Of a DNA stretch of 64,000 bases, positions 29,200 to 49,118 are shown one piece after another. The stretch lies in NCBI RefSeq assembly GCF_009914755.1, contig NC_060943.1; one strand, written 5' to 3'. Numbering within the stretch: the stretch's first letter is position 1; every line of letters begins with the position of its first letter. The DNA is from the human T2T-CHM13v2.0 reference genome, Homo sapiens. The position numbers and the translations under genes were made by a program. The notes beneath the pieces are model-generated. The model saw only the letters and a program-made list of their open reading frames with translations, did not search any database and was not told the origin of the DNA.

Positions 29200-30756
29200 C
29201 CATTAATGACCTTGTTTTCAGTGATGAAGGGTACACTGATAGGTCATAGCATGGAGTGGCAAGGCAGTCACTCAGACCATCACCAGTAGCTTCCTATATT
29301 AGGTTTCTATAGAAGGAAAGGCTCTGGGTGACTGAGTATTTGCTTCCACAGAACAGTTTAGTGAAAATAAGAAGTGTAATGGGGTTGGCTCATTGCTGCT
29401 GACTGTGCTGGAAAACTTGGAGCTGAGGTGGAATGATGGCACTCAGAACTTTACCTTCCCAGCTCTGGTTCTGTATAAGGGACTTGAAAGCTTCTGTGAG
29501 TGGTGGCCCTGAAAGAAACTTGTATTTCCCATAGTCATAGGGCTGAGATTTCTGAAAACCAAAGCTAAAGTCTAATCCAACAAAAGTTGAACTTCTAACC
29601 TCACAGGGTCTTTTTTGTTAAAGTTAGGGCTTTGATTGGGGAGGAATGGGATCCTGAAAATTGGGATGGAGACATATGAGCAGATTCCAGTAAAGCTGAG
29701 GACTTTAAGACCCCTAAATTCTGCCAAATCTCTTTGCCTGCAGAGGCAGCCCTTTCACTCTTGCCTGCAGAAGTGAGCCTCCTCTTCCCTGAAGAAATTG
29801 TAATGGCCTTCCATAAGGCAAGGCATCTGTGCTCCTCAGGACCTATTCCTATCACTTCTTACTTCTAAGACCTATGACTAGACTCAAGGCTCAAGAGAAT
29901 GTGAAAGGTGAGGTATAAAATGTGACCCATGAGGGGGTGCAATACACACCCAAATAATTGCCAATTTATATCAACAGAGAACTGGGGAATATGTGCAGAA
30001 ATGGATCTTAAGGGTGTGGAATCAAGGTGGAAGACAATATAGTTGGATCAAGTCAAATGTATTTACATTGGCCCACCAAGCAGAGATGTAATGTTTGAGC
30101 TTGAGGGGCTAGGAATGGTTCTGACAGTTTGCTTGGTTGGCTGATTGATATATGGACCCGTACCTGGGCCTATAATAGGTTGAAAATGCCAGAATTTCCT
30201 TGGGTGTACTAAAGAGCATGAATCAGCATATTTTTTTTTCTGTAAAAAGCCATAGAGTAAATGTTTTAGGTTTTACAGGCCAGTCTCAGTTTTTCACTCT
30301 TCAGCTCTCCCATTGTAGCAATAAAGCCATCAAGGACAATTTGTAAGTAACTGAGCATGGCTGTGCTCCAATATAAGTTTATTTATAAACACTGAAATTT
30401 GAATTTGTATCATTTTCATGTGTCACAAATATTATTTTTCTTTCAATTTTATTTCAACTAAAAAAATGTAAAAACCAATTCTATTTTGTGGGCCACACGA
30501 AAACAGCCCAGGAATTAGATTTGACCCATGGACTGTCATTTGACGATTCCTGCTGTAGTGAAAGGTGGCCAAAGGCTCAGGGAGATTGGAATGCTGGAGT
30601 GGCTTTATCATGTAAGATTTGCTCATCTATACACATTGACAGTGCCAAGGGGACACGACTTTCATCCTAGCTATCAGAAATAAATTTGTGAAGGAGAGTC
30701 CTAGCATCCTTGAAGAGCTCTGTGGTGGCTCTTCTTTGTAGGTCAGAAACTCTAGT
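29200..30756 (+). pseudogene. ERV-L gag remnant (disrupted)
   Basis: About 29960-30035 reads ANLYQQRTGEYVQKWILRVWNQGGR; 30710 ORF begins KSSVVALLCR, typical of ERV-L gag; many stops and frameshifts. Confidence 0.7.
30217..30552. mobile_element. MER58-like hAT-Charlie MITE inside gag
   Basis: ttctgtaaaaagccatagagtaaatgttttagg and gcatggctgtgctccaatataagttt motifs; gag resumes after it. Confidence 0.7.
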
Positions 30757-34670
<3,914 letters not shown>

Positions 34671-34854
34671 TTTTTTCTTATTTTAATTTTTTAATTTTTG
34701 TAATAGAATTCGCTTACCATACAATTCACATGCCATACAGTTCACACATTTAAAGCATACAAGCCGATCTGATTATTTCACATTGCATGCCTGTATCACA
34801 ACATCTCATGTTCTCCATAAATAAATACACCTATGATGTACCCACAGCAATTAA

Positions 34855-35139
<285 letters not shown>

Positions 35140-35752
35140 TAGCCAGGATTGTCTCGATCTCCTGACCTCGTGATCCACCTGCCTCGGCCTCCCAAAGCGC
35201 TGGGATTACAGGTGTGAGCCACCGTGCCCAGCCCAATTTTAAAATATTTTTATCACCCCCACAAAAGAAACCCAATGCTCCATAGCTATTTTCCTCCTGT
35301 TCCCAAATGTCTCAGCCCTAAGCAACCACTAGTCTACTCTCTGTCTCTATATATTTTCCTATTTTGGACATTTCATATAAATGTATTCATATAATATGTG
35401 GTGTCTTGTGATTGGCTTCTTTCACTGAATGTAATGTCTTCAAGGTTCATCCGCATCATAGCATGTATCAGTACTATGTTCCTTTCTATGGCTGAATAAT
35501 ATTTCATTGTGTGGATTTACCACATATTGGGGGTTTTTTTGTTTTTTTTTTTACAGACCCCGCCCCCCCAAATATTGTTTATGCCTCCATCAGTTTGTAG
35601 ATATTTGGTTTTGTTTTCACCTTTTGGCTATTATGAATAATATGAAAATAAACTTATGTATTTGTTATTATGTGGACATAAGTTTTCATTTCTCTTAGGA
35701 ATAAAATTGCTGGGTCAAATGGTGACTGCATTTTTAACAGTTTGAGGAACTA

Positions 35753-36109
<357 letters not shown>

Positions 36110-36501
36110 TTAAGACTTTTCTGTGTCCATTAAAATGATCATGTGGTTTTGTAATTTATTCTGTTGATATGGTGTATTACACTAATTTTCAGATGTGAAG
36201 CCACTGTTACATTCCTGGAATAAGTCCCACTTGGTCGTGGTCTATAACACTTTTTATATGTCTCTGGATTTAGTTTGCTAGTATTGTGTTAAGGATATTT
36301 GCATTTATATTTATAAGAGATATTTGTCTGTAGTTTTCTTGTGTCTTTCTCTGGTTTTTGTACTGGGGTAATACTGGTCCCAAATAATCCACTGGAAAGC
36401 GTTGCCTCCTTTTTTTAATTTTTGCAAGAGTTTGAGAAGAATTGGTATTAGCTCTTCTTTAAATTTTTAGAAAAATCTGCCAGTGAAGCTATCTGGTTCT
36501 T

Positions 36502-36502
<1 letters not shown>

Positions 36503-36553
<51 letters not shown>

Positions 36554-36564
36554 TGTGTGTGTGT
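36503..36564 (+). repeat. (GT)n microsatellite, one interruption
   Basis: Direct inspection. Confidence 0.96.
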
Positions 36565-36664
36565 CTTTGGTCATTAATTCAATCTCTTTACTTATTAGAG
36601 GACTATTCAAATTGTCTGATTTCTCTTGAATCAGTTTCAGTAGTATATGTCTTCTAATAATTTA

Positions 36665-37040
<376 letters not shown>

Positions 37041-38618
37041 TCAGGAGTTCAAGACCAGCCTGGCCTCAAGACCAGCCTGGCCAACATAGTGAAACCCTGT
37101 CTCTACTAAAAATACAAAAAAATTAGCCAAGAGTGGTGGCGGGCGCCTGTAGTCCCAGCTATTTGGGAGGCTGAGGCAGGAGAATCGCTTGAACCCAGGA
37201 GGTGGAGATTGCAGATCGCCACCATGCCTGGCTAATTTTTGTATTTTTAGTAGAGACAGGGTTTCGCCATGTTGGCCAGGCTGGTCTCGAACTCCTGACC
37301 TCAGGTGATCCTCTCACCTGAACCTCCCAAAGTTCTATGATTACAGGCATGAGCCACTGTGCCCAGCCGCATGATTTTGATTTTAATTTTAAAATCAAAA
37401 TTTTATACAGATTTGTTTTGTTGCCTAGTGCGGGTTCTATCCTACAGAATATTCTCCGTGCAGTCGAGAAGATTGTGTATTCTGCTTTTGTTGGGAGAAG
37501 TGTGCTATAGTTGTCTGTTATATCTGGTTGATTAATACTGTTCAGATCTTCCATTTTCTTGTTGATTTTATGCCTAGTTGTTCTATCCATTATTGGAAGT
37601 GAGGTACTGAAGTCTCCAACTATTATTGTGGATTTGTTCATTTCTCTATTCATTTTTATTAGTTTTTGCTTTATGTATTTTGGTGCTTTATTATTAGATG
37701 TATATGTGTTTATATTGTTATATATTCTGATGGACTGACCGCCTTATCATTATACAATGCTTCTCTTTATCTGTAATAACTTTTTTGTTACAAAGCTTAT
37801 TTTTTCTGACGTTAGTATTGCCACTCCAGCTTTCTTGTAGTCACTGCATGATATATTGATATATTGTCTTTCATCATTTTACTTTACATTTTTGAATCTT
37901 ACATGTTTTTCCTATAGATAGCTTTTGGCTGTATCTTGGTTTTTAAAAAAAAATCTAGTCTGAAATATTTGACTTTTAATTGAATTGTTCATTTCATCAA
38001 CATTTAATGTTATTATTTATACAATTGGATTTACATCTGCCATATTAGCTTGTGTTTCCTACAAAATTTCTTTATTAGTGCCAGGGGTTTTTTGTTTTAT
38101 TTATTGATTTATTTTATATTTATTGAGATTTTCTACATAGACAATCATTTCAACTGGGGATGGGAACAGTTTTATTTTTTCCTTCCCAATCTATATGCCT
38201 CTTACTTCCATTTCTTGACTTATTACACTGGCTAAGACTTTCAATATGATGTTGAATAGAAATGGTGAACATGCTTGTCTTGTTCCCAATCTTAAGAAAG
38301 AAAGCATTCATTTTTCACTGTTTGGTATGATATTAGCTGTAGGCTTTTTGATGCTCTTTATCAGGTTGATGAAGTTCTCTTCTATTCCTAGTTTGCTAGG
38401 ATTATTTTTTGCAAAACAAAACAAAACATGTATGAGTGTTTTATTTTGTCAATACTTTGTCTGCAACTATTGATATAATCATGATTTTTCTTCTTTAGAT
38501 GGTTAATATGGTAATAGTGATTGATTTTAAAAAATTGGACCATTGTTGCATTCTTAGTATAAATCCCATTTGGTCATAGTTTATTGTATTTATTCATTTA
38601 TTATTATTATTATTTTGA

Positions 38619-38723
<105 letters not shown>

Positions 38724-38726
38724 TAA

Positions 38727-38945
<219 letters not shown>

Positions 38946-39864
38946 TAACATTTTATTGAGTATTTTTACATCTATATTCATGAGGAGTATTTTAGTTGTG
39001 TTTATTATTATTTTTTGTACTGTCTATCTGGTTTGTCATCAGGGTAATGCTGGCTTCATAACATGAGTTGGAGAGTATTTCTCCTTTTGTATTTTCTGGA
39101 AGAAATTATGAAGAATTAGTGCTATTTCTTCTTTAAATTACTTATTTAAAACCATTGAAACCACCTGGGCCAGGAGATTTTTTAAAATGGCATTAACTAT
39201 ACATGCAATTTATTTAATAGTTACTAGACTATTCATATTATCTATTTCAACAGTGGTGAATGTAGTAGCTGGTAGTTTTTGAGAAATTGGTCCATTTCAT
39301 CTAAATTTTGATATTTATGTGTATAGAGTTATTACTGATATTCCTTTATAAGCTTTTTAATAATTATAGGGTCTGTGGTGATAGCTGTCCTCTTTCTACC
39401 CTAATATTGATAATCCCTCCCTTCTCTCTCTTCTCTCTTTATCTCTACCTCTATCTCTTTCTCTCCCTTCTTCTCTCCTCAGTCTTGTTAGAGGTTTATC
39501 AATTTTACTGATCTTTTCAAAGAAACAGCTTTTGGTTTTACTGATTTCTTCTATTGCTTTTTTGTTTTCATTGATTTTTGCACTTATTTTTTCCTTGCTC
39601 TTCATTTGGGTTTATTTTGCTCTTCATTTTCTAATTTCCTATGGTGAAAACTTAGATTATTGACTTGAGATCTTTCTTCTTTTCTAATATAATCAACATT
39701 TAAGACTATACATTTTTATATAAGCACTTCTTTAACAGAATTCCACAAATTTTGATAGGTTTCTTACTTTCTTTCAGCTACAAATATTTCCTAATTCCCT
39801 TTGGAATGTCCTATTTTTCAAATGATTAAAGATTGTCCTGTTATCTTCCTGTTATTGATTTCTA

Positions 39865-40035
<171 letters not shown>

Positions 40036-40439
40036 CTATGATTGTGCTATTGCACTCCAGCCTGGGTGACAGAGTGAGACTATGTCTCAAAAAAAAAAAA
40101 AGTTCTAAACGGTCAAAGAACATACTTCATATGATTTCAAATTTTTTCAACTTTTTAACTTCTGTTTCATGACTCACAATTCCATTTGTCACGGTGAGTG
40201 TTCCATGTGCATGTAAAAAGGCTGCTTATTCTGCTATTTTGGGGGGAGATGTTCCATAAATATTGATTAAAGCCATTTGGTTGATGGGTAAGTTCTATGT
40301 CTGTGATGTATAACTTCTATATCCTTAATTTTCTCTCTACTAATTATATTTATTACTGAGAGGGGAATGTTGGTCTCTAACTACAGTTGTAGAATTATTT
40401 ATTCTCTTTCCTGTCTTGTCAGTTTTCACTTTGTGTGTT

Positions 40440-40673
40440 GTTTTTTTTTTCCAGGAAAGAAAAATAAAATGGTTTTTAATACCATATATGGATATTTCAT
40501 TCTTGGGAATGGTGCTGTGCAATTACTGTGCATGAAATCAGATTATTCAAGAAAGCTGGTTTTTAAATACTAGTGTAATTGCCCCAAAAAAGGCCCAACA
40601 AGACCTGCAGCCTGTTTCATGCATGCAACATTTAATCTAACAGCTTCATCAGCCCTCTCTCTGCTTGTCACGG
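40440..40673 (-). pseudogene. Short 5'-truncated retrocopy of an unidentified mRNA 3' end
   Basis: Poly(T) at 40441-40450; ATTAAA on - strand (40475-40480); TSD-like CTTTGTGTGTT/CTTTGCGTATT; interrupts an L1. Confidence 0.6.
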
Positions 40674-40939
40674 CTTTGCGTATTTTGAAGCTCTGTTAGG
40701 TTAATACATCATAATTGACCCTTTTATCAATATGAAATGCTTCTCTTTACTCCTGGTAATTTTTTTCTCTGAACTTTAATTTGTCTGATATAAATATAAC
40801 AACTCCAGCTTTCTTTTGATTAATTTTACAGGTATATCTTTTTTCACTCTTTTACTTTTAATATACAAATTTCCTTAAATTTAAAGAGTTTCTTGTTGAG
40901 AGCATATAGTTAAGTGAATTTTTTAATCTATTCTCATAA

Positions 40940-41251
<312 letters not shown>

Positions 41252-42198
41252 TAGCCAGGCTGGTCTCGAACTCCTGACCTCATGATCTGCCTGCCTCAGC
41301 CCCCCAAAGTGCTAGGATTACAGGTATGAACCACTGTGCCCAGCCTATTTTGTTTTTGTTCCTCTCTTTTTCCTTTCCTGACATTTTTTTTGCTTATTTG
41401 AACATAGTTTAGTCTTCCATTTTAAGTTATCAATTATGATTTTTACTATAACTATTTGTATAAGTTTTAGTGGTAACTCTAGGGATTACAAAATGCATAC
41501 TGAACTTTTTACACTGTATTTAGAAACAATATTTTATCACTCAAAACTTTAGCACTAGTAGGTCTCTTAATTCTCCCCCTTATGTTATACTTGTCATGTA
41601 TTACATACACATTCATGAAAATTCCATGGCCAATGTTATAGTTTTTTTTTTTTCCAACTGTAAAACAGATTTTAAGGAACTCAAGAGGAGAATAGCCTAT
41701 TATATTTACCCAGGTAGTTATTACTTCTGTTGTTCCTCCTTTATTCCTGATGTTCCAAGTTTCCTTCCGGTATCATTTCCCTTCTGTCTGAAGCAATTCC
41801 TTTAGCAATGTTTTTTACAGCATTTCCACTGGGTATGAATTTTCTTAGTTTTACTTAATCTAAGAATGTCTTTATTTCGCCTTTATTCCTGAAAGTTATT
41901 TTCACTGGAGATAGAATTCCAGATTGATACTTATTTTCTTTCAGCACTTTAAGAATATTAGGCCATTTCCTTCTGGCTTCCATGGTTTCTGCTGAGAAAT
42001 ATGCCATCATTTGAATTATTCACATGTATTGGCTTGTTGGGTTTTTTTTTCTTTTCTTTTTTTTTTTTTTTCTTCTTTCAAGATATTTTCTTCATATTTA
42101 ATTTTTAGCAGTTTAATTATGATTTGTCTGTGCATGGATTTCTGTGGGTTTATCCTATTTGGGGTTCACTTAGCTCCTTGAATCTGCAGGTTTAAGTC

Positions 42199-43640
42199 TG
42201 TATATAGGGAAAACAAACTGTTTTTCCTCTTCTATACTCACCCTCAGCACTCAACACTTCTGATGCCAGATGTGTGGGGTTCCTTCCCCCCCCAAACAAG
42301 CAATTCTCCTATGGCAGTTGGGAGTCCTACAATTCAATTCAGTTCTAACACTATTTACCTAGAGACAGTGTCAGATCCCAAAAGTTAAGGGCTCAGTCCC
42401 GTAAGACTGCATCCCACTTCAGATGTCAATCATAAGTGATAGATTCCCAGGTTATCCACAACTTCTGTCTGACTTGGCTACAAATTACAGGTTCACAAGA
42501 TCCTTTACTTGGGTTCAGTCATTTGCTAGAATGGCTCACAGAACCCACTCTGTATGCTGAAACTGAGAATTAACTTGATTAAGCCCACTGAACTTAAACT
42601 GCCTTACTTACTTTTAATTCCTTACTTCTAGTTAATCTTAATACCTATATAGCTAAAAGTCATGTAACTAAGCAATCTACTAGCTTCCTTATAGATAATA
42701 TCTCTGATGTATAGGTCACCATGGTAACAGTTGCTTAAAGTTATTTTTCATGAATTTGGGGTCAGCTCTTGTCCAGTTCGAGCCACTTGAGACCACTTCA
42801 CCTGGGCCTGCGTGAATGTCCAAGAGGTGAGCTTCTGACACCAGAGGGCCATAAAGATCTTCCTACAGATCATACTAACGCCACCATTTTCTAAACATGC
42901 TTCCTATGAAGAGCCATGAGGCTTGACTATGTGTGTGCAGATTGCCAATTACCTCACTTTTTCTTATCCCAATTCCCTTTCTCCACACCTCAGACCACTC
43001 TGCTTCTTTATCTCATAAATATCCCTAAATCCCATCTTTGGGGAGGCAGATTTGAGACCCATTCACCCACCTCCTCACTTGGCTGTCTCATGAACAAACC
43101 CTTTATTTTTTGCAAAAGCTTTCGCCACAGTGATTGGCTTATTGAGTGCAGGCAAAATGAACCTTGCTCAGTATCAGTATTTACCCACTTGTTATAAAGA
43201 ATCCAAATCAGGAACAGCCGGATGGGAGATGCATAGGGCAAGATATGAGGGAAGGGGTGCAGAGCTTCATGTCCCTTCCAGCTGTACCTGCCTCCTAGCA
43301 TTTCCACTTGTTCAGCAACCCAGAAGCTCTCAGAACCCTATCTGTTTGGGTTTTGGTGGAAAGCTTCATTACATAGGCATGATTGATTGCATCGTTGGCC
43401 TTTGGTGATGAACTCTACCTTCACTCCCCGTCCCGCTCCCCAGAGATGGAGGTGGGGTGTGGCTAGAAGTTCTAGCCAACTCATCACGTGTTTGGTTCTC
43501 TGGGCAAGGAGCCCTCATTCTGAAGCTGTCCTGGATCCCCCAACCGTCAGTCATCTCATTAGCATACAAAAATATTTCAGTTGTTTTAGGAGCAGTGTGT
43601 CAGGAAGTGGGGGAAGGCATAGACCAAAATTTATTTCTTG
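42199..43640. mobile_element. MER21-family LTR with a second LTR (about 42551-43176) nested inside
   Basis: cacttctgatgccagatgtgtgggg, ttaagggctcagtcccgtaagactgc; inner element TGTATGCTGAAAC...CAGTATCA with U5-like end. Confidence 0.6.
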
Positions 43641-45420
43641 GCCGGGTGCGGTGGCTCATGCCTGTAATCCCAGCAGTTTGGGAGGCCGAGGCGGATGGAT
43701 CATTTGAGGTCAGGAGTTGGAGACCAGCCTGGCCAACATGGTGAAACCCCGTCTCTACTAAAAATACAAAAATTAGCCAGGCATGGTGGCGCATGCCTGT
43801 AATCCCAGCTACTCGGGAGGCTAAGACAGTAGAATCGCTGGAACCCAGGAGGCAGAGGTTTCAGTGGCACCACTGCACTCCAGCCTGGGCGACAGAGCTA
43901 GACTCTCTCAAAAAAAAAAAAAAATTACTTCTTATTATGTCACAATGGCTTTTGCTAAACTTGAGATGTTTTCTGTCATTATTTCTTCAAAATATTTTTC
44001 AGCACCGCACTTTCCTCTGGCCTCTGGGATACAAATGTTAGACCTTTGTGGTTGTCCCACAGGTTCCTAAGGCACTGTTCAATTTTTTTTTTTAAGTCTT
44101 TTTTCTTTCTACTATACAGATTTGGTTATTTTTATTGTTGTATCTTTATGTTGACTGACTCTCTTCTCCCATCTCCATTTTGTTATTGAGCCCATTCGAT
44201 GAATATTTTATTTTGGTTATAGTGTTTTTCAGTTGCACAATTTCCATTTGTTTCTTCTTCATGTGTTTTATTTCCTTGCTGATATCTTTAATATTTGTTT
44301 TAAGAGTTTTTTTATATAATTGCAAAGTTTATATCATTGCAATAGCATGAATTGATTGTCTTTTCCCATGAGAGTTAAGAATTTTGGTATCCTTTGTATG
44401 CCAAGTAATTTTGGACTGCATCCTGCACATTTTGAACATTATATTATGACACTCTGAGTCTTGTTTAAATCCTATTGAGAATATTGATGGTTTTGTTTTA
44501 GTGGCCAGTTAACCTGGGTAAATTCAGACTGCTAAGTTCCTACTTGCCTTCTATGCCCTGTAGTTCCAATGTCAGTTCAGTTTTTGAAGCATTTGCAATG
44601 CTATTCTGATCTATCTTCCAAATGTGTCATCCAGTGGTCAGTCTGGGCCCTGGGCAGAAGTCTAATCATTAGCTCAGTTTCCAGTCTGTGGCATGCTAAT
44701 TAGGGCCAGATGAGTCCATGAGTTCATAAATAACTTTATGGGGTGACTTTCTCAAGCCCTTCCCTCTCTGTTATCTTCCGATACTTTCTGGTTCCCTGGG
44801 CTCCCCTTTTTGATCCTCCAACAGAAACTGCCCAATTTCATGATTGTGCCAGGTCTAGGATCAAGAGGTTGGAGAACAGAGAGGGAGAAAAAAAAAGCAA
44901 TGGAGTCTGATCCTTTCCACTGAATGGAGAGAAAAGTCCTTTCCTGAATTTTTGGCTTCTGCCAGCTGCTCTGCTACTGCAATGGGATTGCTCGAAAGAA
45001 AACAGAGAAAAGGGGGAGAAAATAAATTCTCCCCACTCTCTCTGAACTTTAGGAGTACCCTTTCCTGCTCCTTCAGCCAGGCCTCTCCTAGGTTTCTCCC
45101 TGTCTGCACCACAGTGCTCATTTCCAAGTTTTGGACTGTATTGAGTTCAGGTCAGGGGATACAGGAGGAAAATAATATAGTAAACTCATCATTGATTTGG
45201 TGGCACTTTGAATTTTTGTGTTCCTTTCCCAATGCAACTGTTGTAACTGACTTTCCAAAATTGTCAAATAGCTGGGCCATGTATTCTGTCTGGATTTTCT
45301 AGTTGTGTTCAGTGGAAAAGAAAGTGTAGCACGTGTTTACTCCTTCTTGCCTGGGTTTACTACTTCTTTCCCAGAACTGGAACTTGAAATGGACTTTTGA
45401 AGATTTGGTTTCAGTGTCAT

Positions 45421-46087
45421 CTGTCTTAGTCTATTCAGGTTGCTCTAGCAAAAATACCATAAACTGGGTGGCTTAAACACTGGAAATTTATTGCTCACAG
45501 TTCTGGAGGCTGGTAAGTCCAAGATCAAGGTACCAGAAGATTCGGTGTCTGGTGAGGGCTTACTCTCCGGTTCATAAACAGTCCCTTCTCACTGTATCTT
45601 CACATGGTAGAAGGAGCAAAGTATCTCTCTTGAGTCTTCTTCACAACAGCACTAATCTCATTCATGAGGGATCTTCCCTCATGACCTAATCATCCTCCCA
45701 AAGGCTCCACCTCCTAATACTATCACCTCAGGGATTAGAATTTCAACATATGAGGCCGGGTGCAGTGACTCACACCTGTAATGCCAGTACTTTGGGAGGC
45801 CGAGGCAGGCAGATCACTTGAGGTAAGGAGTTCGAGACCAGCCTGGCCAACGTGGTGAAACCCTGTCTCTACTAAAATACAAAAATTAGCTGGGTGTGGT
45901 GGTGCGCACCTGTAGTCCCAGCTACTCAGGAGGCTGAGGTGGGAGGATCGCTTGAACTCAGGAGGTGGAGGTTGCAGTGAGCTGAGATCATGCCACCACA
46001 CTCTGGGTGACAGAGCGAGGCTCTGAAAAAAAAAAAATTCAACATATGAATTTGGCAGGGAGGACACAGACATTCAGATCATAGCAT
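45421..46087 (-). mobile_element. MLT1A/B-like LTR containing an Alu (45754-46037, +)
   Basis: tgtcttagtctattcagg...cattcagatcatagca; Alu TSD AATTyCAACATATGA. Confidence 0.8.
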
Positions 46088-46089
46088 AA

Positions 46090-46780
46090 TCTATATGGCA
46101 ACACCTGTGGGGCTGGAGCAATGTCCTCTAGGATGTGGTATGTGCCCTAAATCAATGACTAATATATGGTGCTGTCTTTCCCCAGGCAGGATTCATGGGT
46201 TCCCAACACAAAGGGATGAAAATAGGATTGGATTTTCTCATTATTTCCCCTAGTGATCCACTATCAAAATTTTTGCTACCTCCCACAACTCTAGGTTCTT
46301 CTGGTCTAGAGGTCCTATTTCCAAAGGGAGTGATGCTTCCACCAGCAGACACAACAATGATTCCAGTGAACTGGAAGTTGAGACTGCCCCCTGGCTACTT
46401 TGGGCTCCTCATGCCACTGAATCAACAGGCCACAGGGGAGGTCACTGTACTGGCCAAGGCAATTAATTCTGAGTATCAAAGGGAAATTGAGTATAAAGAG
46501 TATGTCTGGAATACAGAATATGGTCTAGGGTGTCTCTTAGTACTATCATGTCTTGTGATTGAAGTCAATGGAAAACTACTGCAACTCAATTGAGACAGGG
46601 CTGCTAATGGCTCAGGTCCTTCCGAAGTGAGGGTTTAGGTCACCCTACCAGGCAAAGATCCAACCAGATGAGGTAGTTGCTGAGGGCAAAGCGAATATGG
46701 AATAGGTAATGGGAAAGGTAACTGTAAACATAATTATAAATGCCAGCCATGATTATGTGTCCAGAAATAAAAAACTGTAG
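46090..46780 (+). pseudogene. ERV-L integrase C-terminus plus dUTPase remnant
   Basis: ORF 46195..46593 includes LEVLFPKGVMLPPADTTMIPVNWKLRLPPGYFGLLMPLNQQA..VTVLAKAINSEYQREI, an ERV-L dUTPase lying 3' of pol as expected; motif 3 (G.ID.DY.GEI) is degenerate. Confidence 0.8.
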
Positions 46781-46783
46781 TAG

Positions 46784-46970
46784 TGTAAACCAAAACTAAA
46801 ATCCTAAACCCCCCAAACAACTGAACACACCCCCTCTTGGCTGAGGGGGATCACAGAGAAACCTGAAACACTGAATTCCCGGCCATGACAGGAAGGGAGG
46901 TCAGACGTGCCTCATTTCAGCCCCTCCATTTTGAGAAGTTAGGCACAACTGACCAGCATTAATATTAAAA
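46784..46970 (+). mobile_element. MER4-family LTR 5' fragment
   Basis: TGTAAACCAAAACTAAAATCCTAAACCCCCCAA start; truncated at the junction with the ERV-L 3' LTR. Confidence 0.7.
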
Positions 46971-47686
46971 TGGGGCCAGATATATGTGTTTTGCCCCATG
47001 ATAAAGGACCCTGGCTCCACCAGGATACCCACACCACCAAGGTTGGAGGCAACAAGAACTGAAATGGGGCTGGGCGCAGTGGCTCATGCCTGTAATCCCA
47101 GCACTTTGGGAGTCCAAGGTGGGAGGATCACTTGAAGCCAGGAATTTGAGACCAGCCTGGGAAACACAGCAAGACCCCATTTCTACAAAAAATTTTGAAA
47201 AATTAGCCAGGTGTGGTTGTGCACACCTGGCATCCCAGCTGTTTGGGAGGCTGAGGCAGGAGGATTGCTTGAGCTCGGGAGGTCAAGGCTACGGTGAGCT
47301 ATGATCATGCCACTGCACTCCAGTGTAGGTGACAGACTGTAATCCTGTCTCAAAAATATAAAAAATAAAATAAATAAAATTTACAAAAGAACTCACATGG
47401 GGTTTGGTTTGTCCTTGTGGACTCCGGCTTATGCATGTTGGTTCCATCTTGTTCTTTGCTCTCCCCAACCTTTCCTCCATCTTCCCTTCCTGACTTCCTG
47501 TACCTATGGGGTTCAGTTCCAGCATCTGACTCAAAGATAACAACCTGACAGAGACCATTTAGCCAGCTCCCTAAATTGCATAAGATCAAATCCAGTAACA
47601 AGTCCTTTTGTAGCAGCTAATCAGTCTATAGGTATATCTTAGTGGTGCTTCAGCCCCCCACCTGTGATTCAATCCTGACTGATCCA
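46971..47686 (+). mobile_element. ERV-L 3' LTR (5'-truncated) containing AluJ 47068-47386
   Basis: Aligns to 28085-28786; paralogous spurious ORFs GSQEGKIEVRLGRARNKLEP (28384..28653) and GSQEGKMEERLGRAKNKMEP (47289..47558). Confidence 0.75.
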
Positions 47687-48029
47687 GGCACCAAATTCTA
47701 GCCACTTCACAACCAGAGCCTGGAATATGTGTATGACCCCTTAAGAATAGGAGAGCTGGCTGGAGGAGAGCTTCTGTTATTATCTGACTGAAGTCTCAAT
47801 TAAAAAAAGAAATGCAAGGATGGAATTTCACAGGAAAGTAGAAGAACCCCAGACAGGAGGGCTGCAAAGAGAAGGCTGTTGGAGGGAGGCTGAGAAGAGA
47901 AAAAGGGAGCAGGAGAGAGTAGCTTGCACTTCAGACACCTCCTTTTCCAAGCCTGGGGGGGGGCAAGAAAGGTGGGTAAAGTCACATCCTTGAGCCCTCC
48001 AAGAAGAGATCTGCATGACTATAGGCGAC

Positions 48030-48605
48030 ATATGTTGCTGCACCCTGCTTAGCTACCATTTTCTCCTCTTTGGGTCACAGCACTCCTGTTTTCCTTTAGG
48101 GCGCACTTCTACCCATGTTCAGCCCCTATGATTTAAGTAAGATGCGATCCCCTCTCCAAGCTCTAGAAATGGACATATGTCCCAGGCCTGGGAAATGGGA
48201 ATCTATGTAACCCTGGTGACTGTTCTTGGTTCTGGGACAGATTCATGGTCACACTGAACTGAGACCCAATTCTAGGACGTTGGCTGATCCTCTGTCTGGG
48301 TTGCTCAGATGGTAGAATGTGAACCTGGAGCTGCTGGTGGCCACTGTTTCCCCCAGAAGGGAGGAGTCAGTTTGAGAATGAGGTCAACACAGAGGCACAT
48401 TGAACTGGCAGAAGGGACAGGGAGACACTCCTCATGTCATCCTTTGAGCACCTGGATACAACTATGTCTGAAGCTAAATATAGCTGGACTTTTTAGTTAT
48501 GTGTACCATTAAGTTCCATCTTTGTCATTGTTATTGTTGTCTTTCTAATTAAGTCAATTTGAAATCGGGGTTCTGGCACTAGCAACAGAGTAAAAACTAA
48601 TAAAC
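48030..48605 (+). mobile_element. MaLR LTR (MLT1J/K-like)
   Basis: ggagctgctggtggcca...gagcacctggatacaactatgtctgaagc...; paralogous to 54740-55190. Confidence 0.6.
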
Positions 48606-48817
48606 TGACCTTTCAGTAAAAGAATTTGTTAACGCCCATCTCATATCTCAGGTGTGTTTGATTTGGGGGAAGAGCAGGGAGGCTGGAAATACTATTACCG
48701 ATGGTAGCTAACTTTGTCGAGGACTTACTATGCACCAGATGCTCTTCAAACACTATACACATTGTACCTTATAATCCTCAAAACAACCCTATGAGGTGGC
48801 TACTAAAATTGCCCCCC

Positions 48818-49118
<301 letters not shown>

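Noticed and set aside
46195-46593. 132-aa ORF as a possible domesticated dUTPase
   Set aside because: Catalytic motif 3 is degenerate (AINSEYQREI), part of the domain appears deleted, and flanking pol is disrupted; treated as a fossil.
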